Of a stretch of DNA of 54,561 bases, positions 32,847 to 42,681 are shown in pieces. Source of the stretch: Escherichia coli (GTDB lineage Bacteria > Pseudomonadota > Gammaproteobacteria > Enterobacterales > Enterobacteriaceae). Every line of letters starts with the position of its first letter. Positions within the stretch are counted from its first letter, which is position 1. The stretch lies in assembly GCF_003334785.1 (NCBI RefSeq), contig NZ_QOWV01000022.1; one strand, given 5' to 3'. The translations under genes were made by a program, and so were the position numbers. The notes beneath the pieces were generated by a model. The model did no database searches and was not told where the DNA came from. It worked only from the letters and a program-made list of their open reading frames with translations.

Positions 32847-33824
32847 CTAGCCGAGAAGATATTCTTTTTCAATGTATTTATATTGAGAGGATTTTTCGCG
32901 TTTCGCCAGGTAGAAAACATGAGGTGCGATGATGGTGGGGATAAAATCCAGTGCTGGAGAGGTTTTGGTTTTTTCTGTTTCTCTTCCGGATTGAAGATGT
33001 TGAAGTACAGAGTATGCAATGCTTAAAATTATGGCGTTACTTATATTATTAATTGCAGTTGGGTAAATATGCAGATTGCTTATCAATTCTGAAAGGCAAA
33101 GTAAAACACCAGTGATGTTGGGTTTTCTGCCAGAGATTGTGGTGCTGTTGAAAATGTGACGATTCTTACGACTTATATTGACAAGTTTATGAGTGCAGAA
33201 CTCTATATGTTCGACGATTTTATCTTGACTATTTTTAATGTATTTTGAAATGTTAGTGATCCGGCCATTCAACGTTAGTTCATCAAGCAATATATCATTT
33301 TTAATATTGCGAATTTCATCGCAATGTTCACATTGAGAAACTATCTCATGTAATACATAACTCGAAGTATTGCGGGGTGACGTTGATATGTAATCTAAAA
33401 TAGAAGGCTCGATTTTGATTTTTTGTTTGTATTTTTTAATGCACTGTTTGATTGTTTTTTGTAGAGTATTTGAGATGTGTTTTTTATATTCTTTTAGAAA
33501 ATCTTGCTCTAAAAAGAGTGAGGAGAAGATCAACTGCTGGCGAGATAATTTAATCTCAGGCTTGATCAATTTAATCCGAAAAACTCTTCCCTCCAACTCA
33601 TAGCTGAACATGGAAGATAAGTCATAGTGGGGTGATAAATGTTCGAGTAACGACATTCGTGTATTCATTAGCCGCTTGAATTTATGGTCAGCATACATAA
33701 GTGTTTTTTTTATTTGCTCATCGTAAAGTGGGCCGATAACGCAATTAGCAATACTCATACTATCCGGAGACCTCCAGTCAACAGGGGAATCACATTGACG
33801 GCCACCATTACAATCAAAGGGCAT
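32847..33824 (-). CDS. Hypothetical protein (about 300-326 aa), AT-rich ORFan; start uncertain
   Basis: Long ORF; first ATG at 33824, alternative ATG at 33758 preceded by GGAGG. Confidence 0.45.
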   Translation of the reverse strand: MPFDCNGGRQCDSPVDWRSPDSMSIANCVIGPLYDEQIKKTLMYADHKFKRLMNTRMSLLEHLSPHYDLSSMFSYELEGRVFRIKLIKPEIKLSRQQLIFSSLFLEQDFLKEYKKHISNTLQKTIKQCIKKYKQKIKIEPSILDYISTSPRNTSSYVLHEIVSQCEHCDEIRNIKNDILLDELTLNGRITNISKYIKNSQDKIVEHIEFCTHKLVNISRKNRHIFNSTTISGRKPNITGVLLCLSELISNLHIYPTAINNISNAIILSIAYSVLQHLQSGRETEKTKTSPALDFIPTIIAPHVFYLAKREKSSQYKYIEKEYLLG

Positions 33825-33868
33825 CAACGTTGCCGATTATGGATCATGTCAGCTTCACACACCAGAAT

Positions 33869-33912
33869 GGGTGATATATGGATCATCATTACCCCAACGG
33901 CAGTTTTACACC
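33869..33912 (+). repeat. Copy 2 of the roughly 45-bp direct repeat, about 220 bp upstream of hsdM
   Basis: See copy 1 at 23082..23125. Confidence 0.7.
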
Positions 33913-34130
33913 ATGGCTAATATGGATGCTATCTTACTAAGATAATTGGTTTTTAGCGAGTGACGAGCCAGGTTGTGTCAGTCTGTCTCATGTCGATATT
34001 ACGGGGATGATGCAAACCTGAATGCTGCGATATTGGCGTGTCAGGGGAGGCATCTTACGGTATCATTTACCGCAATTTTTAAGATGCAAAGCCCTGCATC
34101 GCTAGCTTTTTCTTTAGACCAGGATGATTC

Positions 34131-35654
34131 ATGAACGACAAAATCAGTCAGGACACGATCAACAAAGCCCTGTGGGCCGCGTGTGATACGTTCCGTGGCA
34201 CCATCAGTGCTGATACCTATAAAGACTTTATCCTTACCATGCTGTTCCTCAAGTACATTTCAGATGTCTGGCAGGATCACTATGACGAATACAAAGAACA
34301 GTATGGCGATGCGCCGGAACTGATTGAAGCGATGATGGCCAACGAGCGTTTTGTACTGCCAAAAAGTGCCAGCTTTTATGCGCTGTACGAACGCCGCCAT
34401 GAGCCGGGTAACGGTGAGCGTATCGATCAGGCTCTGCATGCAATCGAAGAAGCCAACGGAACCAAACTGAAAGATGCCGGGAAAAGCGTGTTCCAGGATA
34501 TTTCGTTTAACACTGACCGCTTGGGTGAAGAAAAACAGAAGAACACCATCCTGCGTCAGTTGCTGGAAGACTTCGCCGGTGAAGATCTCAACCTGAAGCC
34601 AAGCCGTGTAGGTACGCTGGACGTTATCGGTAATGCCTACGAATATCTGATCAAAAACTTTGCCGCCAGCGGTGGGCAGAAAGCCGGGGAGTTCTATACC
34701 CCGCCGGAAGTTTCGGACCTGATTGCAGAACTGCTCGATCCGCAACCGGGTGATACCATCTGCGATCCAGCCTGTGGTTCCGGTTCATTATTGATGAAGT
34801 GTGGGCGTAAAATTGTCTCCGGGCATGATAGTCGTAACTATGCATTGTTCGGTCAGGAAGCGATCGGTTCTACGTGGTCGCTGGCGAAAATGAATATGTT
34901 CCTGCACGGGGAAGACAACCATAAAATCGAGTGGGGCGATACCATTCGTAACCCGAAGCTGCTCGATAAAAATGGCGACCTGATGCTGTTTGATATCGTG
35001 ACCGCTAACCCACCGTTCAGCCTCGATAAGTGGGGCCATGACGAGGCCGAGAACGATAAGTTTGGCCGTTTTCGTCGCGGTGTACCGCCGAAGACTAAAG
35101 GAGATTACGCTTTTATCTCGCATATGATCGAAACCCTGAAACCGGGAACTGGCCGTATGGGCGTAGTTGTGCCACACGGTGTGCTTTTCCGTGGCTCCAG
35201 CGAAGGTAAAATTCGCCAGAAACTGATCGACGAAAATTTGCTGGATGCGGTAATTGGTCTGCCGGAAAAACTGTTCTACGGTACGGGGATTCCGGCTGCG
35301 ATTCTGATTTTCAAAAAGCAGAAAGTTGATGACAAGGTGCTGTTTATCGATGCCAGCCGTGAATTCAAGGCAGGTAAAAACCAGAACCAGCTCAGCGCAG
35401 AAAACATCGAGAAAATCGTCAAGACCTACCGTGATGGCGATAACGTCGAGAAATACGCCTATCTTGCCAGCCTGAAAGAGATTCAGGACAACGATTACAA
35501 CCTTAATATTCCACGTTATGTTGATACTTTCGAGGAAGAAGACGAGATTGATTTACTGGTCGTGCGTGCTGAACGTGAGCAACTGAAGGTGGAACTGGCG
35601 AATCTGGAAACGGAGATGGCGGGTTATCTGAAGGAGTTGGGTTATGGTGCCTAA
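34131..35654 (+). CDS. hsdM: Type I restriction-modification system methyltransferase subunit
   Basis: 507 aa; AdoMet-binding DPACGSGSLL and catalytic NPPF (TANPPFS) of N6-adenine methyltransferases; followed by hsdS. Confidence 0.9.
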   Translation: MNDKISQDTINKALWAACDTFRGTISADTYKDFILTMLFLKYISDVWQDHYDEYKEQYGDAPELIEAMMANERFVLPKSASFYALYERRHEPGNGERIDQALHAIEEANGTKLKDAGKSVFQDISFNTDRLGEEKQKNTILRQLLEDFAGEDLNLKPSRVGTLDVIGNAYEYLIKNFAASGGQKAGEFYTPPEVSDLIAELLDPQPGDTICDPACGSGSLLMKCGRKIVSGHDSRNYALFGQEAIGSTWSLAKMNMFLHGEDNHKIEWGDTIRNPKLLDKNGDLMLFDIVTANPPFSLDKWGHDEAENDKFGRFRRGVPPKTKGDYAFISHMIETLKPGTGRMGVVVPHGVLFRGSSEGKIRQKLIDENLLDAVIGLPEKLFYGTGIPAAILIFKKQKVDDKVLFIDASREFKAGKNQNQLSAENIEKIVKTYRDGDNVEKYAYLASLKEIQDNDYNLNIPRYVDTFEEEDEIDLLVVRAEREQLKVELANLETEMAGYLKELGYGA

Positions 35655-36837
35655 GGGGTGGAGTGAAAGTTATCTTGGTGAAGTGGTTACATATAAAAAA
35701 GGCTATGCATTTAATTCATCATTATATGCAGAGGAAGGGATACGGATTGTTCGAATTTCGGACACAACTAGGGACTCCATCCATTCTGACAACCCTGTTT
35801 TTATTGCTGGCGGGAATGTCGAAGGTTTAGAGCAATACAGTCTTTTCGAAAACGATATAATACTCTCTACTGTGGGATCTCGACCACATTTACTGGACTC
35901 CATGGTTGGTAAAGCTGTAAAGGTTCCGCGCAGTGCACATAATAGCTTGCTTAATCAGAATCTTGTTAAACTCATACCGAAGAAAACAAAAATAACAAAT
36001 GAGTATCTTTTTAGCATGCTTAAAACAAAGGAATTTATACAATTCATCTCAAACTTGGTTCGTGGTAATGCAAACCAAGTCTCTATAACTTTGGCTGATC
36101 TTTTTAAATATAAATTCATCTTACCTTCCCTCCCCGAACAAAAGAAAATCGCCCAAATCCTGTCAACCTGGGATAAGGCGATTTCGGTGACGGAAAAGCT
36201 TCTCACCAACAGTCAGCAGCAGAAAAAAGCCCTGATGCAGCAATTACTTACCGGGAAGAAACGGTTGCTGGATGAGAATGGGGTGAGGTTTATCAAAAAA
36301 TGGGAAAAAACCACTTTAGGGGATATCGCAAAAATCACAACAGGTAGCTCTAATAGACAGGATTCAAGCTTGGATGGAAAGTATACTTTCTTTGACCGTT
36401 CTGAGGATATTAGAACTAGCAGTATTTATCTATTTGATGGAGAGGCAATTATAGTTCCTGGAGAAGGGCAGAGATTTGAACCAAAGTATTTCATTGGTAA
36501 ATTCGATCTTCACCAAAGAACCTACGCCATAATGGATTTTGCAAGCCATTCTGGGAGGTTTCTTTTCTACATGATTGATTATCTTAAAGTTTATTTTCTT
36601 AACCAAGCTGTGGGGTCAACTGTAAAGTCTTTACGACTTCCAATGTTTCAAAAAATGACCTTTGAAGCACCGGAAATTGAAGAACAACAAAAAATCGCCG
36701 CCGTCCTCTCCGCTGCCGATGCAGAAATCTCCACACTGGAGAAAAAACTCGCCTGCCTGAAGGGTGAGAAAAAAGCCCTGATGCAACAGCTGCTGACCGG
36801 TAAGCGTCGGGTGGTTGTTGATGTGGATGCCGCGTAA
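35644..36837 (+). CDS. hsdS: Type I restriction-modification system specificity subunit
   Basis: 397 aa; two target-recognition halves separated and followed by the conserved repeats KKALMQQLLTGKKRL and KKALMQQLLTGKRRV; start overlaps the hsdM end. Confidence 0.85.
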   Translation: MVPKGWSESYLGEVVTYKKGYAFNSSLYAEEGIRIVRISDTTRDSIHSDNPVFIAGGNVEGLEQYSLFENDIILSTVGSRPHLLDSMVGKAVKVPRSAHNSLLNQNLVKLIPKKTKITNEYLFSMLKTKEFIQFISNLVRGNANQVSITLADLFKYKFILPSLPEQKKIAQILSTWDKAISVTEKLLTNSQQQKKALMQQLLTGKKRLLDENGVRFIKKWEKTTLGDIAKITTGSSNRQDSSLDGKYTFFDRSEDIRTSSIYLFDGEAIIVPGEGQRFEPKYFIGKFDLHQRTYAIMDFASHSGRFLFYMIDYLKVYFLNQAVGSTVKSLRLPMFQKMTFEAPEIEEQQKIAAVLSAADAEISTLEKKLACLKGEKKALMQQLLTGKRRVVVDVDAA

Positions 36838-37520
36838 TGAAACTGACCAAAAACGCCCCGCTGACTGAGCGTGAAATCGACTGGCTGGAAGAGGTGCTGA
36901 TGAAGTATGGCAATGATGACTCGGTGCTCTGCTTCTCTGAACTGGATGGCTTTCTGACGGCGATTGTCTCCGGCCCGAATATGATTTCCCCGAATATCTG
37001 GCTCAGTGCCCTTTGGGGGCGGGGTGATTACCACCCTCGCTGGACCACTGAAAAAGAGATGACGCGTTTTGTGGGGCTGTGTTTTCAGCATATGAACGAT
37101 ATCGCTGGCTGCCTGTATGAGGCCCCTGAACAGTTTGAACCGATTTTCAATGGACGTGAGGTGAAGGGGAAGACATATACCATCGTCGAAGAGTGGTGTT
37201 TCGGGTATATGAAAGGCCGGTCTCTGGATGACTGGTCAGCCTTGCCAGAGGCCTTACGTCCCTCGCTGGAGGCGATAGCCCTTCATGGTATCGAAAAGAA
37301 CTTCCCAGTGGTTGAGAAAATGTCACCTGTTCAATTTGAACAGAGTATTACTCTCATTCAGCCTGCGGCACTGGCGCTTTACCAGCACTGGTTGTCGGTG
37401 AGAATGTCAGAGGCATCATCCCGGCCTGTTCCCGTGAAGGGGGCAGAAAAACTGCCCGGTCGTAATGACCCGTGTCAGTGTGGCAGTGGTAAAAAATTTA
37501 AAAAGTGCTGCCTGCACTGA
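36837..37520 (+). CDS. YecA-like protein (UPF0149 domain with C-terminal SEC-C metal-binding motif) embedded in the hsd operon
   Basis: 227 aa; C-terminal GRNDPCQCGSGKKFKKCC is a SEC-C motif; overall resemblance to E. coli YecA as recalled; start shares the hsdS stop (ATGA overlap). Confidence 0.65.
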   Translation: MKLTKNAPLTEREIDWLEEVLMKYGNDDSVLCFSELDGFLTAIVSGPNMISPNIWLSALWGRGDYHPRWTTEKEMTRFVGLCFQHMNDIAGCLYEAPEQFEPIFNGREVKGKTYTIVEEWCFGYMKGRSLDDWSALPEALRPSLEAIALHGIEKNFPVVEKMSPVQFEQSITLIQPAALALYQHWLSVRMSEASSRPVPVKGAEKLPGRNDPCQCGSGKKFKKCCLH

Positions 37521-37542
37521 CAAAGCGGAAGGGGGCTTGCTC

Positions 37543-39327
37543 ATGGCAGTGAACAATCTGGATCGTTCCCGGTGGTACATGGGAAATGTTCTCTGGTTCG
37601 GAGGCTACAACAGCAAAACGGATCGGGAGAATAACTTTGGCTTTCTCTTATCAGAGAATGGTAATGAGCTGTTTTTTCATAAGAATGAGATAAGCCGGAA
37701 CTATACACCCGCTGACAATACACCGGTGCTGTTCAGGGAAGGTACAGGTAAAAATGGTAAGCCTACGGCTTTTAATGTTCACATTCTTGATAAAACAGAT
37801 GAGGAGACGGCTGAGCTCCTTATTGAATATCTCCGGGCTATTATTGAGGAGGGCGTTGATTTCGCTCGTTGGCGTTATCGTGACTGCGTTATTAATTTTC
37901 TCACTCAGTCCTTTGGCGAAAGGGCTATAATTCGGTTAGTTACCAGTGATATAGCTGCTACAAAAGTCTTGCCGCTATTTTTAAAATCACGTAACTACGA
38001 TAACCAGTTTGCACTTTTCGCCTCTGATAAGAATTTTGATGATTTGACCGCACAACAAATATCTCCTGCGGTCATGCCTTCGTCATTTATCGATAATAAC
38101 ATTGATCAGTTCGCTGTTTGGGTGAAAAGGTGTTCTGCGGCTACGGATTGCCAGGGGGCTTCAACATCGGACATCATCAATGAATTACTCAGCCATATAT
38201 CTATAAGTGCTATTCTCTACCTGGCATTTTACGATTGTATAAGCAGCGAGCGGATTCTTGAACATCGGCATGATGATATAGAGAATTTTGTTCGACGTAG
38301 TTTCACGAAAAATAAAATGGATATACAACCATTTGTCCGTGATGCCTATCAGCAGAAATTCTCATCGAGAGAGCAATTTTATAAACATTCCGTGATTAGT
38401 CCTTTTGTCAATAAGTATTTGATTAAACAGAAGATGTTCAGGAAAGATTTCAGTTTTGTTAATGATATTGAGTCGAATACTGAAATTTCTTCTGACCCTG
38501 AATACTTTATTCTGAGTAAATTGTTACCGCTGATTGGGCGTAACGATGAACAGTCCGTTCTGAGTATTATTCTGCATGAGATATGGCAGGGAGTGTTGTC
38601 GGGTAAAATCCCGGTAAGCCATCCTTCTGTTTTCAAATTGTTCCCACAGTGTAGCTCATTGAAAATTCGTTCCCGGAATTTAAAATTATCCTGTGAGGCA
38701 TTTCACTGGAATGCAAAACAACCTGACGGAACGATAGAGAAAAAATTCCTTTGTCGTTCGAAAATCTGCCATGATCCGCAGGTACTGCCCGACCTCAGTC
38801 GGGATTACATCGACTTCACTATTTATGACTGGCTTGCCCACTATGGCATGACCTATCTGATTGCAGGCGAACCTTCTAAGCGGGATTTCCCAATTAAACT
38901 GGCTGGGTATTTCAATCGTATCAGAGAATTACATTCCCGCTTGCATTGCCGAAGTTGTGGGGTGCTGATGGTTCCAGATATGAAATATGCTCGTGTGGAA
39001 GTCAGCGTCTGGGATACAAAGTCGAAAGGATTTGTGAAAAAACCTTTCCAGGCCGCGTATCGCCTGACCGTCTTTAAATGTGCCAGTCATTCGTGCGAAC
39101 AGTTTGGTATCGGGCATTACATTAATCACTGTATTGGTTACAAATGCAGCGAAATAATTGACGCCAGGGATTTGCATGAAAAATGTTCAGAAGGACGATT
39201 TATTTGTGCATCCTGTGGTTCCTGCTGTACGACGCATCAGGAGAAATTTGGTAATGTAAACAAGGGCGAAACAGAACAGGTCAAGTACAATCGCCTTTAT
39301 CGGGACTCGCCGTTCTTTTCATCATAA
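37543..39327 (+). CDS. Cold-shock-domain (OB-fold) protein with large uncharacterised middle region and Cys-rich C-terminus, embedded in the hsd operon
   Basis: Start at MAVNNLD (AAGGGGG upstream). N-terminus GNVLWFGG..NFGFL..ELFFHKNEI..KPTAFNV parallels CspA (GIVKWFN..GFGFI..DVFVHFSAI); C-terminus has several CxxC/CxxxxC clusters. Confidence 0.6.
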   Translation: MAVNNLDRSRWYMGNVLWFGGYNSKTDRENNFGFLLSENGNELFFHKNEISRNYTPADNTPVLFREGTGKNGKPTAFNVHILDKTDEETAELLIEYLRAIIEEGVDFARWRYRDCVINFLTQSFGERAIIRLVTSDIAATKVLPLFLKSRNYDNQFALFASDKNFDDLTAQQISPAVMPSSFIDNNIDQFAVWVKRCSAATDCQGASTSDIINELLSHISISAILYLAFYDCISSERILEHRHDDIENFVRRSFTKNKMDIQPFVRDAYQQKFSSREQFYKHSVISPFVNKYLIKQKMFRKDFSFVNDIESNTEISSDPEYFILSKLLPLIGRNDEQSVLSIILHEIWQGVLSGKIPVSHPSVFKLFPQCSSLKIRSRNLKLSCEAFHWNAKQPDGTIEKKFLCRSKICHDPQVLPDLSRDYIDFTIYDWLAHYGMTYLIAGEPSKRDFPIKLAGYFNRIRELHSRLHCRSCGVLMVPDMKYARVEVSVWDTKSKGFVKKPFQAAYRLTVFKCASHSCEQFGIGHYINHCIGYKCSEIIDARDLHEKCSEGRFICASCGSCCTTHQEKFGNVNKGETEQVKYNRLYRDSPFFSS

Positions 39328-39396
39328 GTCTTCGTTCATTTTGAGTATGTCCGTAAGGACATACAGTTTCACCTCTTAGCCAAGAAGGATTACCGG

Positions 39397-42300
39397 GTGG
39401 ATAAGCACTACCAACCTAAATTCCAGGAAGAATACAGCGCCAAAATTCCGGCACTGACGTTACTGACCAGCCTCGGCTGGACGTTTTTATCTCCGAAACA
39501 GATTATGGATTACCGGGGCTATAAACAGGATGAGGTGGTGCTGCGTCCGGTTCTGCGTGAAGAGCTGTCGAAGCGTTCCTTTATGGCGGGTGGCAAAACC
39601 TGCCAGTTATCGGAAAAAGCACTGGATAACCTGATATCACAGGTCTGTTCTCCGGCGCTGAATGAAGGGCTGCTCAAAGCCAATGAACGGATGTATAACC
39701 ATCTGCTCTACGGTATCGCCGTCACGGAGTTTGTCGATGGCAAGAAGGTCAACCCCACCATTGCGCTGATCGACTGGGAACATCCGGAAAATAACCAGTT
39801 CCATTTTACTGAAGAATTTACGGTATTGCGGTCAGGTGGTGTTGAAACCCGGAGGCCAGATATTGTCTGCTTTGTTAATGGTATCCCGCTGGCTGTTATT
39901 GAAGCGAAAAGCCCGGCAGGCCACGGCAAGAAAGGACCAACCATTGACGAAGGGATATCCCAGAGTATCCGCAACCAGCTCAACGATGAAATCCCGCAGC
40001 TGTTTGCTTACAGCCAGATATTACTATCGATTAACGGGCATGACGGGCGCTACGGTACCTGTCATACACCAATGAAATTCTGGGCGGCATGGCGCGAAGA
40101 AGATATTACCGATGCGCAGATGTATGCTCTGCGCAACCATCCTTTATCGACTGAACAAATTCATGCGTTGTTTGATCATCGTCCATCAGCCGATCTCAAC
40201 TGGTACCAACAGTTAATCGCCGCCGGTGAACTGGCTGTCAGTGGACAGGACAAACTGCTCATCAGCCTGCTTTCGCCGGAACGTCTGCTGGAGATGACCC
40301 GCTTCTTCACTCTGTTTGATAAAAAGACCGGGAAAATTGTCGCCCGCTATCAGCAGGTGTTCGGGATAAAAAGACTGCTGGAACGCATCAGTACCCGCAG
40401 ACCAGACGGGGGCAGGGAAGGTGGGGTGATCTGGCATACCACGGGGTCAGGTAAATCTTACACCATGGTGTTCCTCAGCAAGGCGCTGATTCTTCATGAC
40501 AGCCTGAAGCGGTGTCGTATTGTGGTGGTGACGGACCGTATCGATCTTGAAGAACAGCTCAGCAATACCTTTGCATCCGGCGGCGAGTTGGCCGGGAAAA
40601 AAGACAAAGCCAATGCAATGGCAACATCCGGGCAGATGCTGGCGAAACAGATTGGCTCCGGTAAAGAACGCATCATTTTCACCCTAATCCAGAAATTTAA
40701 TTCAGCGACAAAACTTCCTGAATGCGTCAATACCAGCCCCGATATCATCGTTCTGATTGATGAAGGACACCGTAGCCAGGGTGGTGAGAACCATGTGCGA
40801 ATGAAACTGGCACTGCCGAACGCCGCCTTTGTGGCATTTACTGGTACGCCATTGCTAAAAGAAGATAAGACCACCAATAAATTCGGACCGATTGTCCACG
40901 CTTATACCATGCAGCGAGCGGTAGAAGATAAAGCCGTTACACCTTTGCTGTATGAAGAACGTATTCCCGACCTTGAGGTTAACGATCGGGCAATAGATGC
41001 CTGGTTTGATCGTATTACCGATGGGTTAAGCGAAGCGCAAAAAGCCGACCTTAAGCGTAAATATGCCCGTAAAGGTGAGGTCTACAGTGCAGATGACCGC
41101 ATCCGGCTGATCGCACTCGATATCGCCACACACTTCTCGAAGAATATTGATGAGGGGCTGAAAGGCCAGCTTGCCTGCGACAGCAAGATTTCCGCCATCA
41201 AATATAAAAAGTATCTTGATGAAGCCGGGTTGTTTGAGTCAGCAGTAGTTATCAGCCCGCCGGATACCCGGGAAGGGAATACTGAGGTGGATGAAAGCAA
41301 ACTGCCGGAAGTGACGAAATGGTGGAAGGATAATGTCGGCACGCAGGATGAGTCTGTGTATACCCGCAATATCATCAGTCGTTTCGATACCGATGAGAAG
41401 CTCAAATTGCTGATAGTCGTTGATAAACTGCTCACCGGGTTTGATGAGCCGAAGAATACCGTGCTGTATATCGACAAGCCGCTTAAGTCCCACAACCTTA
41501 TCCAGGCGATTGCGCGGGTGAACCGACTGCATCCACTGAAAAAGTTCGGTCTGCTGATTGATTATCGCGGTATTCTGGCTGAGCTGGACACGACTATCGG
41601 CAAATATCAGGACCTCGCCTCCCGAACTCAGGGCGGATACGATATCAAAGATATTGACGGGCTGTACAGCGCCATGAGCTCTGAATACAAGCGTCTACCG
41701 CATCTGTATAACCAGCTGTGGGCCATATTTGCTGGTGTCAAAAACAAAAATGATACTGAGCAGTTACGTGCGGTACTGGTGCCTAAAATGGAAGAACGTG
41801 ACGGAGAGATGGTCGATATCCATCAGAAAACCCGTGATGATTTCTTCGAGGCGTTAACGGCCTTTGCCGGATGCCTGAAAGTGGCACTGCAGTCCGCTAC
41901 CTTCTTCACCGACAAGAGCTTTACGGAACAAGACCGAAATCTCTATAAAGAAACCGTAAAACAGATGTCCAGCCTGCGCCAGTGGGCGATGCAGGTAAGT
42001 GGAGAGCAGGTCAATTATGACGACTACGCCGAGCAGGTGAAAAAACTGCTGGATAAGCATGTCACCGGCGTTGAGGTTCGTGAACCGGATGGCGTGTATG
42101 AAGTCGGTAAAATGGGCAAGAGCGAAAAGCCCGAAGAGTGGGACAACAATAAAACCCGCAATGAAACCGACATCATTAAAACCCGTGTGACAAAGATGAT
42201 TGAGCAGGAGCTGCGTGATGACCCGTATGCTCAGGAAGCCTTTTCAAAACTCCTGCGTATGGCTATTGAAGAGGCTGAAAAACTGTTCGACCATCCGTTG

Positions 42301-42681
42301 AAACAGTATCTCTTGTTCCGTGAATTTGAAGAACAGGTTGAAGCCCGTAAGCTCAGCGATATCCCGGATGCACTGGCGGTAAACAAGCATGCTCAGGCGT
42401 ATTACGGTGTATTTAAAAAAGAGCTACCTGAGGTTTTTGCGGTAAACGACGTTCAGGTGCAGGATAAGTGGACGAAGCTGGCTTTTGAAGTGGACAACAT
42501 TATCGTCAAAGCGGTGGCAGAAAACTCTCTGAACCCCCAGGACATTGAGAAAGTCGTTAAGACAAGTCTGCTACCACTGCTGTTTACGGCCTGCCGGGAA
42601 ATTGGTGCCGGAATGAATCAGGTTAACCGTATTGTGGAAACCATCATCCAGATACTGCGCGTTGGTTTGATGAAATCATGA
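39397..42681 (+). CDS. hsdR: Type I restriction enzyme endonuclease/helicase subunit
   Basis: 1094 aa, GTG start with AAGAAGGA ribosome-binding site; helicase motif I (HTTGSGKS) and motif II (LIDEGHRSQ). Confidence 0.9.
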   Translation: MDKHYQPKFQEEYSAKIPALTLLTSLGWTFLSPKQIMDYRGYKQDEVVLRPVLREELSKRSFMAGGKTCQLSEKALDNLISQVCSPALNEGLLKANERMYNHLLYGIAVTEFVDGKKVNPTIALIDWEHPENNQFHFTEEFTVLRSGGVETRRPDIVCFVNGIPLAVIEAKSPAGHGKKGPTIDEGISQSIRNQLNDEIPQLFAYSQILLSINGHDGRYGTCHTPMKFWAAWREEDITDAQMYALRNHPLSTEQIHALFDHRPSADLNWYQQLIAAGELAVSGQDKLLISLLSPERLLEMTRFFTLFDKKTGKIVARYQQVFGIKRLLERISTRRPDGGREGGVIWHTTGSGKSYTMVFLSKALILHDSLKRCRIVVVTDRIDLEEQLSNTFASGGELAGKKDKANAMATSGQMLAKQIGSGKERIIFTLIQKFNSATKLPECVNTSPDIIVLIDEGHRSQGGENHVRMKLALPNAAFVAFTGTPLLKEDKTTNKFGPIVHAYTMQRAVEDKAVTPLLYEERIPDLEVNDRAIDAWFDRITDGLSEAQKADLKRKYARKGEVYSADDRIRLIALDIATHFSKNIDEGLKGQLACDSKISAIKYKKYLDEAGLFESAVVISPPDTREGNTEVDESKLPEVTKWWKDNVGTQDESVYTRNIISRFDTDEKLKLLIVVDKLLTGFDEPKNTVLYIDKPLKSHNLIQAIARVNRLHPLKKFGLLIDYRGILAELDTTIGKYQDLASRTQGGYDIKDIDGLYSAMSSEYKRLPHLYNQLWAIFAGVKNKNDTEQLRAVLVPKMEERDGEMVDIHQKTRDDFFEALTAFAGCLKVALQSATFFTDKSFTEQDRNLYKETVKQMSSLRQWAMQVSGEQVNYDDYAEQVKKLLDKHVTGVEVREPDGVYEVGKMGKSEKPEEWDNNKTRNETDIIKTRVTKMIEQELRDDPYAQEAFSKLLRMAIEEAEKLFDHPLKQYLLFREFEEQVEARKLSDIPDALAVNKHAQAYYGVFKKELPEVFAVNDVQVQDKWTKLAFEVDNIIVKAVAENSLNPQDIEKVVKTSLLPLLFTACREIGAGMNQVNRIVETIIQILRVGLMKS

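Noticed and set aside
34260-35177. 161-aa and 129-aa minus-strand ORFs inside hsdM
   Set aside because: Antisense to hsdM, whose methyltransferase motifs are clear; treated as chance ORFs.
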